From the NCBI RefSeq assembly GCF_021869535.1, contig NW_026262690.1, forward strand, positions 76,074,001 through 76,138,000: a DNA stretch of 64,000 nt, read 5' to 3'. This DNA comes from Mytilus californianus. Taxonomy: Eukaryota. This document shows, one piece after another, positions 24,036-36,108 of this stretch; within the stretch, counting starts at the first letter, position 1; each line of letters begins with the position of its first letter. The translations under genes and the position numbers were made by a program. The notes under the pieces are model-generated. The model saw only the letters and a list, made by a program, of their open reading frames with translations, ran no database searches and was not told the origin of the DNA.

Positions 24036-24935
24036 TGATTTGACCTTTTTTTACCCCTGTGTTCTTTTTGTTTGACGGACGGCAATTATGTTTTGACAGC
24101 GGGGACATCCAACATGATTTTAAAAGCTAAACACGAAGAAGGATAATTGTAATTCAGGTGAATTTAAAAATCATGTGGTAAAGGAAATTTTAATTTCTTT
24201 AAAACGCATTATCAGCAATAGCACGGTTAAATCATTGAATAATGATATGTTTACCATTGACTATGCGATAGTAGTAGACAAGGTTGAAGATTGACTACAT
24301 AATTCATAAAAAAATGCAAATCATAAAAAAGTTTTTTTTTATTTGTTTGAGAGTTTTTGTTAGTGTATTTTTTTATTTTTTTTTTGAGGGAGCAGTTTCT
24401 TCGCAGTTTCTTCACGAAATATAAAGGGGGTCATATTGGGGAGAAGATCTGATCCCAAAAGCATTGATCGTCCAAAAAAGGGGGTTTTCCAACCCCCGGA
24501 ATCCACCATACCCCCTCCCCCTCTGGATCCGCCACTGCATACTATCTATATGTTTCAAATTTATTATAGCTTAAGTTTTACTGTGAAATTGAAAAATGTT
24601 TTCAAGACATATAAAGCTTCCACTGCAATTTAATTATAGCCTGCTTTAGGTCAATTTATTTTGTCATCTTACCATGTAAAGAATTACATGTATAGTAAAC
24701 CACCGCTTTATATCAATAAACATATTACTTAGACCAGCAGCTACCATCATTTCATTCTGGAATCAAGGGCCTTTTGATATCAAATATTTCACATTGATAC
24801 TAGTGAGTAGATTAACAAAACTTCGTTAATGGGCTCCGTTTTACAAACACCTGTGAATCAAGTAATCAGCCAAAATAAACTATCAATAGACCAATTAAAA
24901 GATTACTCGAGTTGTAAATATGTGCTAAATTGGTA

Positions 24936-25020
24936 GTCTATGAAAAGATATATACTATGAAATTAAGAGCTCGGGGCAAGCCCCTCCTCTAAATTTCATA
25001 GTATATACCTTTTCATAGAC
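24936..25020. repeat. 85-bp hairpin with GGGGCAAGCCCC centre
   Basis: GTCTATGAAAAGATATATACTATGAAATT pairs with AATTTCATAGTATATACCTTTTCATAGAC. Confidence 0.8.
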
Positions 25021-26130
25021 TTATTTATTGTATCTCTAACTTAAACTATTGTTCTGATTTCTTTTCAAAATTAAAGCTTTTTCTTATATTAGAAGGTATT
25101 GTAAGTTAGAATATAGCAAAGTGCTCTCGACCAATGAAATTGTAGGATTTGATGCCTCTTAATTGAGAAGAATGAATGTAAATCATGTTCTTAGTAAAGT
25201 ATTATCCTATTATTTGGGTCTATTTACAGTTCAAAACAAAGAGTTCTATAAATGAGATACAACTGCCCCGAAGCACATTTATTAGATTGAACGTATTTAT
25301 CACACAGTGATTGAAACTGACTAAAAATTGAATTGTGAAACAAACAAAAAACTCAAAATAAGTTGAAGTTTACTGGTGCAGTAAAATTGGTACCGTGAAT
25401 GCTATTATGAAAATATTAATAACTTTAAATTACTAAAAAATTAAACAATATCAATGCAATGCAAAAAAAGAAAAAAAAACTTTAAAATAAAAAATAACCT
25501 AAATCTTCAGATTCCCAAAACTTTGATTACAAGATCAGCGGTTGGAAAGAATAGTTATTTCCAATATTCCAATAAAATAAAAAAAAAAAACCAGGAATTT
25601 AATTTAAGTTTTGAACATATTAAAAACTTTTAAAGGCATTTTATTTGAACATTTCCCTGACGCTAACGCTCGCACTTAATCATGAAGAAAGGGATTATCA
25701 TTCTCTTACATATACTGAGTTTAAATAACCATGGTGTCATGTTCAACGATGCATAAAAAAATCAAAGTATAAAATTAATCAGTTAGATAATACAATATAC
25801 AATACAATACAATATGCTTTATTTAAAAACACTCCGTCACATTGACATGTGAAACAAGAGGTAAATATATACAAAATATTATATAAATAGAGAAATACAA
25901 CATAAAACGTCTGTCTTTAAATGAACGCACGAATGTTCACTACTAAACTACTGTATTATTTGCATTAGTAAGTTTTTTTTGAAAGAAATGATATGCTAAC
26001 CTCTCATCTGTAGAATATAGAATTTACCTAAATTTTACGTCGAAAAAGTGTTCATTAAATTCCGTTGCTGGTGGTTGAAATAAAATAACAAAATTTATTA
26101 AATCCAAATAAAATGGATGACGTTACAATT

Positions 26131-26485
26131 AAGAATTGAATTCTTCTTTTTGTAAAATTGGGTTATAAAAGCGTTGACCGAAGTACATTTTGCATGAAGC
26201 GCTTCATTCTAAAAATGTGCGCACGGTCAACACTTTTACAACCCTATAAAATTACTAAAAGAAGCATTCAATACTTATAATTACATTATTTTGCTAGGAT
26301 CATGAAAACACGATTTCTATTTAGTTTTTCTTTTATTTACCTGTGCACTTTATTGTGGAAGCTCGTGTAATAATGAATGTTACATTTCATTTTGAAATGA
26401 AGGTTAATTTCAGAATGACGCGAGATTGCTGTTAGCTAATCAAATTAACGTATTATAATGAAACATACATGTAACGTAATTATTC
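26131..26485. mobile_element. Non-autonomous element with a ~140-bp terminal hairpin, present only in arm A
   Basis: 26135-26272 folds around GAAGCGCTTC; absent at the homologous arm B site (GATGACGTTACAATCATTTG). Confidence 0.6.
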
Positions 26486-27427
26486 ATTTGTAAATACTAA
26501 GACATGTCTTCTCTATAGAAATCACGTACAGGGTCGTGATCAGAAAGTTTTTAAACCCTAGAGAATATATATATCAAAGAGAATAATACATAATGATGTG
26601 TTACAATTTAACGTATATCGTAAAAAAACACTTTTTTCTTTTAAGGTAGGAAAGGGGGGTAGGGGATGGGGGTACTCAAATGTTTACATGACCTTTCAAA
26701 ATCGAAGTTTACAATCATCTTTTGGGTCAGTTCAAAAAGAACCTAAAGTTGCACAATTGAAGCTGTGATAATGCTAATTTAAGTATTGAAAGTCTTCTTA
26801 AATGGTCTATATATATTTCGTGTCCAGTAAGTACAGCGGCAATTGTATCTGCCTATTAAATACTATTTTAAAGCAGTTGTCATAAAATTATTTTAATACA
26901 TAGTTCAAACCAACTATACACGTTTGCATATCCTAAATATTAACAAAAGAAAAAATATAAGTTGTGTTTTAACAATATATTACTTTCCAAGATTTATTGT
27001 CGATTCATACAATTAATTTCAGTTTTTCGTTTATTCACGACTGATTGAATATAAAAATATACTTTTGAACTGCGAGCTTAAGTTAAGACAGTCTTCAGAG
27101 ATGATGTCCGGTAAAGGGGATTTTTTTTTAAACAAAACTTTTATATTTTTCATTTTTTTTTTAATTTTAATTGAATAAATAGTGTATGAAAATGGGTTAG
27201 ATTTCTTAACTTTTTTAATGATAGGTTTATAATTCGACAAATTTATTCATCCCATTATACCTTTCCTTCACTGAGCCTTCATTTGACAAAATGTGTTGTC
27301 TTTATGATTTTAACTCACCATGATCTCTTTTCTAAAATCTATTCGGAGTAAAAAATACAGAAATTTTCCGAATGTGTATTAGAGTGTAATTAAGCAAAGC
27401 ATAATCAAATTAAATTTACTGCACGAA

Positions 27428-28990
27428 ATGTTTCAAGACGGAGACGACATATTCTTTACGCAGAATCGTTTTTTCACAAGAACCTGATAAACCAGCTGAA
27501 GACATATCTTCCCTATTTGGATTGCCAGTTCCAGATGAATTAGAAGATACACAATCTACAAACTTTCAATTGCTTGACAAAGATGATGTTTTTAGCCTCA
27601 TTGGAAACGGTAACTCAGACCTAGACCTAGAATCGGCTGAAATCGACGATGACCTAGCTGCATGGGCTGAACAAACTGAGACCCAACATCAATCCGTCGC
27701 CATTGTTGCAGCTGTAACTGGTCCAGAAAACAGCAACAAAAGAATACAAAGAATCGTGTCTAACGACGAGATTAAAAGAATTGCTGTTAAAAGGTAAAAA
27801 CAAATGTTTTCTTAATTATATAAAATAAGTATAACGGTGGAAATGGGTGATACAAATATAATATGTAATTTGTTGATATAACACCGAATCTGTGATCGAC
27901 ATCTTGCAAATAATTCCTCTAAGTTCGGGTTAGGTTCCATCTTCAACTTACAGTAAGGTGAGAGTTTTTACTCCATATCGAAATCCTCTCTATTACTTTG
28001 AATGTATTGTTTGACAAATTTCTAGTATTTGGTAAAATAAAAATCATTCTAATAATATATGAAACCTTCCTTAACCAACATAAACCCAAATGACAATTTA
28101 TGTTGTGTCTATATAGTTATTCATAAAAAAAAACGAAATTCTATAATTTAAGGTTTGATAACTAATAAAATTTATTTCTGGTAACCTTTTTAATGCATGC
28201 AACATGCAGTAATTCATATTTTCATTATTGTTGACCTTATTTCCTCTTCCACGTATATTATATCTTATCATTTAGGCAACATAAGAAACCCAACATAATA
28301 TTAACATAGTTCAAAGTATCATAGAAATATCCTAATTATTCAATATTCATTGCCGTTTTGCAATTATCCCAAAACAAGTAGCTAATTGACAAAGATTTTA
28401 CATGTGTAAAATACATTTTGGACACAAAGTTTGAAAACACTACACCCTCGTTCGTATTTAGTGTCACAGGATAGAAGTTGGCAGAGTATTTTATAGATGA
28501 TAGAGATTCGTTTATGAGACTACAACCCAATATTAAAATCAAGCAATTAGATATTGTTCTGAATCATGTTAACTGAAAGATTGATTGTTGCTTGATTAAC
28601 GTCCAGTGGCAAATATTTCTTGTATATTAATGAATTGCATAGAAATAAGGTATATTTTCACTTGAAGTTAAAATTTCCGTCAGCTTACAATGAAAATAAA
28701 TATAGAATCACAGAAATCACTTATGTTGCTACAGCGATGAGAAAAGGGGACTCTATGATCGTAAATTTAAATTAGGGGTATGCACTTTAATTTTTCGCTT
28801 TAAATAACGGTCTCTGGTATAATAGTTAAATGTTAAAAATCTGACAAATTGTCTTCAAGATCAGGTTGCATGCAACTAATATTCTCGTCTCGTTTCGCCA
28901 ACTCGTTTCTTTCCAACTGCCACTTTCTAAAAACGTTAAAAGCCCATCTCATCTTTTTTCTTTGTATTACTGAAAATAGAAGACAAAATT
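27428..28990 (+). pseudogene. Truncated duplicate of the Crypton gene (exon 1, intron 1, scrambled start of exon 2)
   Basis: MFQDGDDIFFTQNRFSQE..PVPDELED..KRIAVKR|GTAAAA matches 39628-39264; it breaks at 28856. Confidence 0.82.
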
Positions 28991-29013
28991 TTGGGTGCGC
29001 CCAGCTTAAGTGA

Positions 29014-32000
29014 TATGCACTCGTCAGGCAACACTTCTTGATAATGATCTATTGTTGCGTTGATGAGTTTTGTCAAAGGCTCTTTCATTGTTCAAACATC
29101 GTGGGTTCTAAAAAAGAATCCACGCTTATTGAATAAGAAAATGTTACAACAATGGTTTAAGACTCATATAGACACCAGCTATCACTTGTTGACTGGGATG
29201 CTTTATTTATTTCAAACGACGTTGATACTGTAGCACGTGCTATAACAGACGAACTTATTGACAAGGCAGATAAATATAATTACAGTCAGACAAGATAAAC
29301 CACCATGGCTTATCGCTGATATCAAAAAGATGATTCGTAAAAAAAATCGTATCCATAGAAGAGCCAAAAGAACTAATTCCGCTCCGGACAAATGATACAA
29401 ATGGACAAAATTTCTTTTAATTAGGAGTCATTGTAATAAACTAGTTTTAAACTCAAAAACTGATTATTTTTCAAAATTGTCAACCAAAATTTTATCTGAA
29501 AATCATGGTAGTAAACATTATTGGAGTCTTATTAAATCTTTGATGAAATGTGACTCCAGTGACAGTCGCAACATTCCCCCTTTACAGATAGGCGATGATC
29601 TGATCTGTGAAAACACAAAAAAGGCAAAACTATTTAATGATTATTTTTGTAGTCAATCAAATCTTGATGATTCTAACATACAAATGCCAGACATACCGGA
29701 CAGACGAACAGAGGGACTTAGTTATATGGTCATATCGTAGAACGAGGTAGTAGACATTTTGAAGATTTTGTACGTATCAAAAGCATCAGGACCAGATCGT
29801 GTAAGACCAAGACTTCTCAAGGAAGCATCGGGAAATTTTGAAATATCCACTGTGCAATTTATTTAACCTGTCTTTATCACTTATTAGCAAATTCCCTTCA
29901 GACTGGAAATGTGCTAATGTTACCCCTGTATTTAAGAAAGTCTCTCCGAGTGACTATAAAAACTACAGACCTATTTTTCATTGCTAAGCGTTATTGGGAA
30001 AGTCATGGAAAGATGTGTTTTTAAGCATATTCATAATTTCTTACTTGCTAACCAGATTATTACTCCAAACCAATCAGGTTTCACACAAAGGGACACAACC
30101 ATTAATCAATTGTTTAATATTACAAATGAGTTTGGGAAGGCATAGGTGACGGGAAAGAGATTAAGAGTCTAATATTTTGCGACATAAGTAAGGCGTTTGA
30201 CAGAGTTTGGCATAAGGGGTTGTTGAGAAAATTGGAAGCTATTTGCATAAAGGGTTCTATTTTGGCATGGGTAAAAAATTATCTTTCCGACAGAAAGCAA
30301 AGGGTCGTTATTAATAATGTATCCTCTGAGTGGGGCAATATAAAGACTGGAGTACCCCAAGGGTCGATCCTGGGACCTCTGTTATTTTTTTTATATTTAT
30401 TAATGATATCATATCTGATATACACAGTGGGAAATCTAGTGAACGAAAACAAAAGATAATTCACTCTTCTTATGATAGAGTTGAGAAAGTCAATAATACA
30501 ACAATGACGGTGACGATACTAAACAAATGTTATTTCTAATAGAGGTATTTCCGTAACAATGTGGACAACCGCAGTACTTTTGTTGTTAATAATACTGCAT
30601 CATTTAACTTTAACTTGTTTGTCATCGGCTATCGATAACAATGATTTTACGCTCACTCAATCTGTCAGAGGCCCTCCAGTGGGGATTTAAATAAACACTT
30701 GTTACACATTTCGATACATAAAATGATACTCTTTTCACAAAACTTTAAAGGAATTTGTTTGAAATATTCTTTATATCAGCACACACAACAGTTTCATTTT
30801 AAGAGAATAATAAATGTTCAGAGCTAATATCATTAAATAATTGAAAAATACATTTACACATTTGGATTTTTATTGTAAACACTTAAATTGATGGGGTTAA
30901 TTCACAAAATATCTTAATAAGAGAAAAAAAATAATCCCACGTTTTGATCATTTAAGAGTAACGTACCATCTATTCAATGCATAGGATTTGTTTATAAAAA
31001 GAGATCCGGACGATGAAAAAAAAATCATTTTTTTAACTGGATATTTTTTACCTTGATCATCGTTTGAATCATTCAGTCGTACAGAGAACTCATATGATTA
31101 GTTTGCCTTGGATATTCCAGTATTACACAACTCAATTGCCTCTATTTATGTATATATCTATATGTATATCTAATTGATTACAAGACTTTTCTGTTTGTAT
31201 AATGCTTTTATGTAAATGGGAAACTGTTACGCGTGTGTGTGATTCTTTTTGTCTCTTTGGCCAAAGATAGTTAGTTATAAACTAAATTGCAGTACTCGTC
31301 GATATATCATTCTTGTATCTCACGAATTTGGGTCTTTTACTTACAAAACTTATTTTCTTGTAACGTATTTAATTGTTGAAGAATAAATGTTGCCCGTTTT
31401 TTAATTTTGTTGTCGTTTGTTTGTGTCTCATTGACATACAACCGGATCCCCTTTTCTTCATATCTAAAAACATACGAGATGACATCAATACCAATTCATG
31501 ACACAAAATAACTGAGTTAAACTAACAGCAGAAGAAAGAAAAGGAGAAAAGCGCTTTCATGGTTGTACTCAATCTCGAAGTTACAATGTGGTCTTTGAAA
31601 AAAATGTTGTAAATCAAAAAAAAAAAAAATAATAATAATTTTTGAATGTTTATATTGGAAAAAGTAACGTTGTGTAAATCATAACAATTATTTCAATTTC
31701 AATCCATATTAAGCTGTTGCTTTTTTCCGCTTCGAGCAAATTTTTACCACATTTTAAATATTAATTCCCTGCATGATACATATATTATATGCACATTTTC
31801 ATTGCGATCTTAAAAAGGACGAAGTTGATATATAAACTGCCGTTAATTATTGTGTGTGTGTGTTAGTTGTGCCGTTTAAAAAAAAATGAATTGATCTAAA
31901 AAAAAAAAAAAATTGGAAAGGATAAAAAATTCTTGGTTTCAGAAAAAAGAGTGAAAAAAAAACTAATTGATTTACATTCAAAGTTAGATACGAAAAAAAG

Positions 32001-33607
32001 ATACGACACTAAGATTGAAAAAGTAATGTTCATGTATGTGCATCCCAAATTTTATAAGGCTTGGTCCAAATACCTTTTTACTGTCCAATATCTTGCAAGT
32101 ACGAAAAAGACCGTACGAAAGTATATTTTGTCTGTGTTTTGTAATTGCACAACTATTGAAAATTGATCATGCATTCGTTCTAAAATAAGATTTTACACAA
32201 GATAAAAGTCAAAAGATACTAAGTGAAAAAATTAGACAACCGCAATGTGTTAATCGCTTTGACGTCCGAAAAAGATAATAGCCAACACATACATTGTCAC
32301 TTTTAAAGCTAGTTAAATTAATTTTTATGTAAAAATTGTATATCAAAAGATAACAAAAACGCAAGTAAAGAACGTTTAAGTATTCAATATTAATCAAAAC
32401 ACAGAGGTTATTCCTGTACTCGTTTTTCGAATTATTTTATGTAGGCCTTGAGAACCTTTGGTGACCCCACAGTTTAAATGTCTATAATAAATACGACGTG
32501 ATAAGCGGTCGATACAGACGAACGTTCACCTAATTTAACCCAGTCAATTGGAGACTTGAGCGCGCCAAAAATGGTCTCGTCCACACTGTTATGAAAACGA
32601 TACTAGTTGTACATTTTAAAGACATTATTTGTTAAACTGTGTTATTAGAAATATATATGCAAATACACGATGTTTTATGTTCGGTATTTATCAAGCTTGT
32701 TAAATTAATTTTTAAGACGTACAAAATCTAACGATCTTTCGGGTCACCAATTTTCGAAGTGTTCCACAAAGTTCTTAGCATGTTACAATTCCCCAAAATA
32801 TACTAATTTTTCACATTTTGTTTTCGAGTAGACCGAGTACTCTTGTCACATGTACATTCATATTGTCTTTTCGTGAATATAACAATTTGAAATTCTGTCT
32901 ATGCCGGTTAAAAAATTAAAGATAACTATTATATAGTAGGTATCTTTCTACTATTTTTTATACAATTTTAAGGAAAGGTCGTCTCGATTTTTTACATGTA
33001 TTTGCGGTCTTTTCGATCTATTTACATTCAATGTTTACATCGGGATAAGGTCCGTTTGAATTTGCCTAATTACTTAATTTCGAAAGTGCTAATCTTTACT
33101 GCATATCTATCGATTCCTTTGGAATTTTTTCCCTGACTTTGTATGATCTAGCTGCATATATTATTATATATATATATATATATATACGGATAATTAGCAT
33201 GTTTCAGAGAGGTATACAGCCAGTTGAAAAATAAATTGAAGTTGGTACTCCAGGAATTTTTATTCGCATAGCAACATTTTAAACCAATTTTACATCAAGC
33301 TTCTATAGCCTGCTGTTCTGTCGTTTGCTATTTATGGAGGAAAATGATAACATTAATTGGAAGTTTTGTTTTTATTTCAACTTATTTCTATTTTTACTAT
33401 TTACCAGAACGTTAACCCGTGAATTCATAATTGATAGTGTCCTTGCTAAAGCGGGACAAACATTGAGAAGATCTAGTTTTCAGTGTTTACCGGGGAGGTA
33501 ATATTTTGTCACTAGATTTCCCACTGTACAGTCCACTATTAAGTTATTTGCTGATGATACTAGTTTATATTTGATAAGCAACTTGAATAGTGATCTAGCA
33601 AAGATTT
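29014..33607 (+). mobile_element. CR1/L2-group LINE ORF2 fragment (RT), split by a 3.1-kb TIR element
   Basis: KPPW..YWSLIK..KAKLFNDYFCSQ..KASGPD..WKCANVTPVFKK..NYRPI..DISKAFDRVWHKGLL..GVPQGSILGPLLF..DI|QSTIKLFADDTSLY, resuming at 33529. Confidence 0.88.
30425..33526. mobile_element. Non-autonomous TIR DNA element
   Basis: Perfect 17-bp TIR CAGTGGGAAATCTAGTG, flanked by TACA on both sides; removing it restores the LINE reading DIQSTIKLFADD. Confidence 0.82.
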
Positions 33608-33757
33608 TTGTCCATAAGTTCGTCTGTTATAGCACGTGCTATAGCTTCAACGTCGTTTGAAACAAATAAAGCATCCCAGTCAAGAAGTGATAGCTGGTGT
33701 CTATGTGAATCTTAAACCATTGTTGTGACATTTTCTTATTCAATAAGCGTGGATTCT

Positions 33758-34303
33758 GTAATAGTTATCCCATGAGAACGCGGTGTGTCAGTGTAAGATC
33801 ATCCCGATGGCCGGAGGCCAGAGGGTGATCTAACACTGACACACCAAGCCCGAATGGGATAACTATTTTACATCCCAGCTGTTCTAGATTAGATAAAAAA
33901 GCACTTACGCTTCATAAAATCTAGGTTAGAACAACACATAATCATTATTATTACTTTATATATTACTATATGGTATATACTCTTTATGAGCCCCGGACAC
34001 AATGTTTAAATATGTTAAATTAACATTGATTTGTATCCAGTCGTGCTGGTGTAGGGGTATGACTCGGGGGTCTATATGCTAAAGGTCTTGAGTTCGATTC
34101 CCAGCATTAGACACTGAATTTTCAACATAAATTTTGATAGTTAGTCTTTTCCGTATAAATAATTCTAAGCTTTAGTATAAATTTGACATTCCCGCCAAAA
34201 TGTTACAGAACAAAGGAAAGCATGCAGAACAAAGAAACTCAAGCTAGGGTGATCTGGTAGGGGTGATCCGGCTCAGATCACCCCTGGTAGAGCTGGGATG
34301 TAA
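33758..34303. mobile_element. Non-autonomous palindromic element, present only in arm B
   Basis: Hairpin 33760-33867 centred on GGCCGGAGGCC; inverted TTACATCCCAGCT / AGCTGGGATGTAA; absent at arm A ~29110. Confidence 0.65.
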
Positions 34304-35057
34304 TTTTCATGAACCCGCGATGTTTGAACAATGAAAGAGCCTTTGGCAAAACTCATTAATGCAACAATAGGTCATTATCGATTATTGTTGCCTGACGAGT
34401 GCATATCACTGAACCTTCAGGCCAATAACTCTGAAATATGTTAACTTACAAAAATGAAAAGACATTATCTTTAACTTTTATTCACGTTAAAATTTAACAT
34501 TTATATTAATGTCAAATTCCTGGTTTCTAAAACGGATTTTTTTTTTACACTGATTTTTCGGCACATCACCGCGAATAATATCACATGCGTCTCGTCGCAT
34601 TGTCTCGCTAGTTCTTTTCCCTTACAGCATCACTCCGGTGTCCAGTTACTTCTGATATGATTTGTTCATCAACACCACATTCATACAAACGGGTTGCAGC
34701 TGTTGCACGTAAGGAATGGTTTGACCTTAATCCACTTCTGTGCACATTTTTCCGATGGTTGCAGCTAGGGTGTTAATACCAATTGGTTGTGCTGTGTACC
34801 AAATGTTTGCTTTTGGTTTAAACAAAGGCCTCAGATAAAAAAAAATTGTTTTTGTGTGTTCTGTGCTGAAATAAAAAGATGAATCTTTAATACAATGCTT
34901 TGATGCTCATTAGTCATTTATTACAATATTTATTCGTAACGTTAATTCTATAATATGTAATGTAATATGTAATATGTATTATTTATTATCGACCACTTGT
35001 AAATAAAGCCAATTAAACCTTTCCAGCCTTTCCAATCGCCCCCTACATATGAATGAT

Positions 35058-35242
35058 AGATTGATTGATTGATTGGTTTTTAATTTTAGCACTATTGGCT
35101 ACGTCGTGGCGGTCAGATTTTAGTGGCAGAGGAAGCCGGAGTGCCTGTAGAGAACCACCGACCTTCGGTAGGGAAACTGACAATCCTACTCAATTAAGAT
35201 TAAGAGTCGAACACACATGCCACGTGCGGGATTTGAACGCCC
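35058..35242 (-). mobile_element. 5'-truncated tRNA-derived SINE (same family as 44272-44532)
   Basis: Reverse complement contains GTTCAAATCCCGCACG, GGTGGTTCTCTACAGGCACTCCGGCTTCC and an (AATC)n tail. Confidence 0.75.
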
Positions 35243-35535
35243 CTTAAATATGAAAATAAAGTGTCTGCATCAAATCGATACAGAATTACTGTATTTAATG
35301 CTAGCAATGAATTCCAGTTTAGTAACATATATATTAACTTAAACAAAATTAAATTAAAAATGTCCAAAGAACGCAGAAATAATTTGTTAACTTTGAACAT
35401 GTTAATGTAAAAAAAAAATACAACTGATCGTACATTATCTTTGTAACGATTATGTATTTATGGCTATGTTTAAAAGTGTAGTTTATTTTTGAAATATAAA
35501 ATTCTATATATTTGTTGCTTACCTTTTTTACTGGG

Positions 35536-36108
35536 TATATATATATATAATTCGTCTAAAAAACAGCCCAACAATGTTAGATTTGTAAATTTTCGGAAGC
35601 AAATTTTTTGTTCTTCCCTTGCCGGGATTCGAACTCATGCTACTGAGATAACGTGGCACCAAATCGCTTTGCACTATGCCCGACGCGCTAGACCACTGGA
35701 CCACCTAGGCTCCACAAAAATCAAGCTCTCAGTAGCCGGGTGTTACATTTCCTCGTCAGTTTTTATCTAGCGTCGTAACACCGTACATGAGGCATGAAGA
35801 TGGAATATTACAGATCAGCTGAATTATCTATCGCAGAGGATCTTACAAATTAATGTAGGATGCAGTCACAGAAATAATTATATTATAAGTACGTCTGAAC
35901 CAGTGGCAACTCTACGACAGATTTTATCCATCGGATCACCAGTGATGGTGATACAAGGCCGAAAACACATTCTGTATACATAATTCGTCTAAATAACAGC
36001 CCAACAATGTTAGATCTGTAAATTTGCGGAAGCCTTGTATCACCATTACTGGTGATCCGATGGATAAAATCTGTCGTAGAGTTGTCACTGGTTCAGACGT
36101 ACATATAT
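35536..36108 (-). repeat. tRNA-head-containing repeat, ~1.1 tandem units plus an inverted segment
   Basis: Minus-strand A box TGGTCCAGTGGTCTAG and B box GAGTTCGAATCCC; the unit restarts at ~35980; 36034-36100 inverts 35888-35957. Confidence 0.55.

Larger units (their letters stand above)
25018..29264 (+). repeat. Arm A of an inverted segmental duplication
   Basis: Collinear with the reverse complement of 33608-45125 apart from arm-specific insertions and an internal deletion/rearrangement at 28852-29013. Confidence 0.88.

Noticed and set aside
35690-35790. Hammerhead in the tRNA-headed repeat (CTGACGAG on -)
   Set aside because: No GAAA or convincing stems II/III in this copy.
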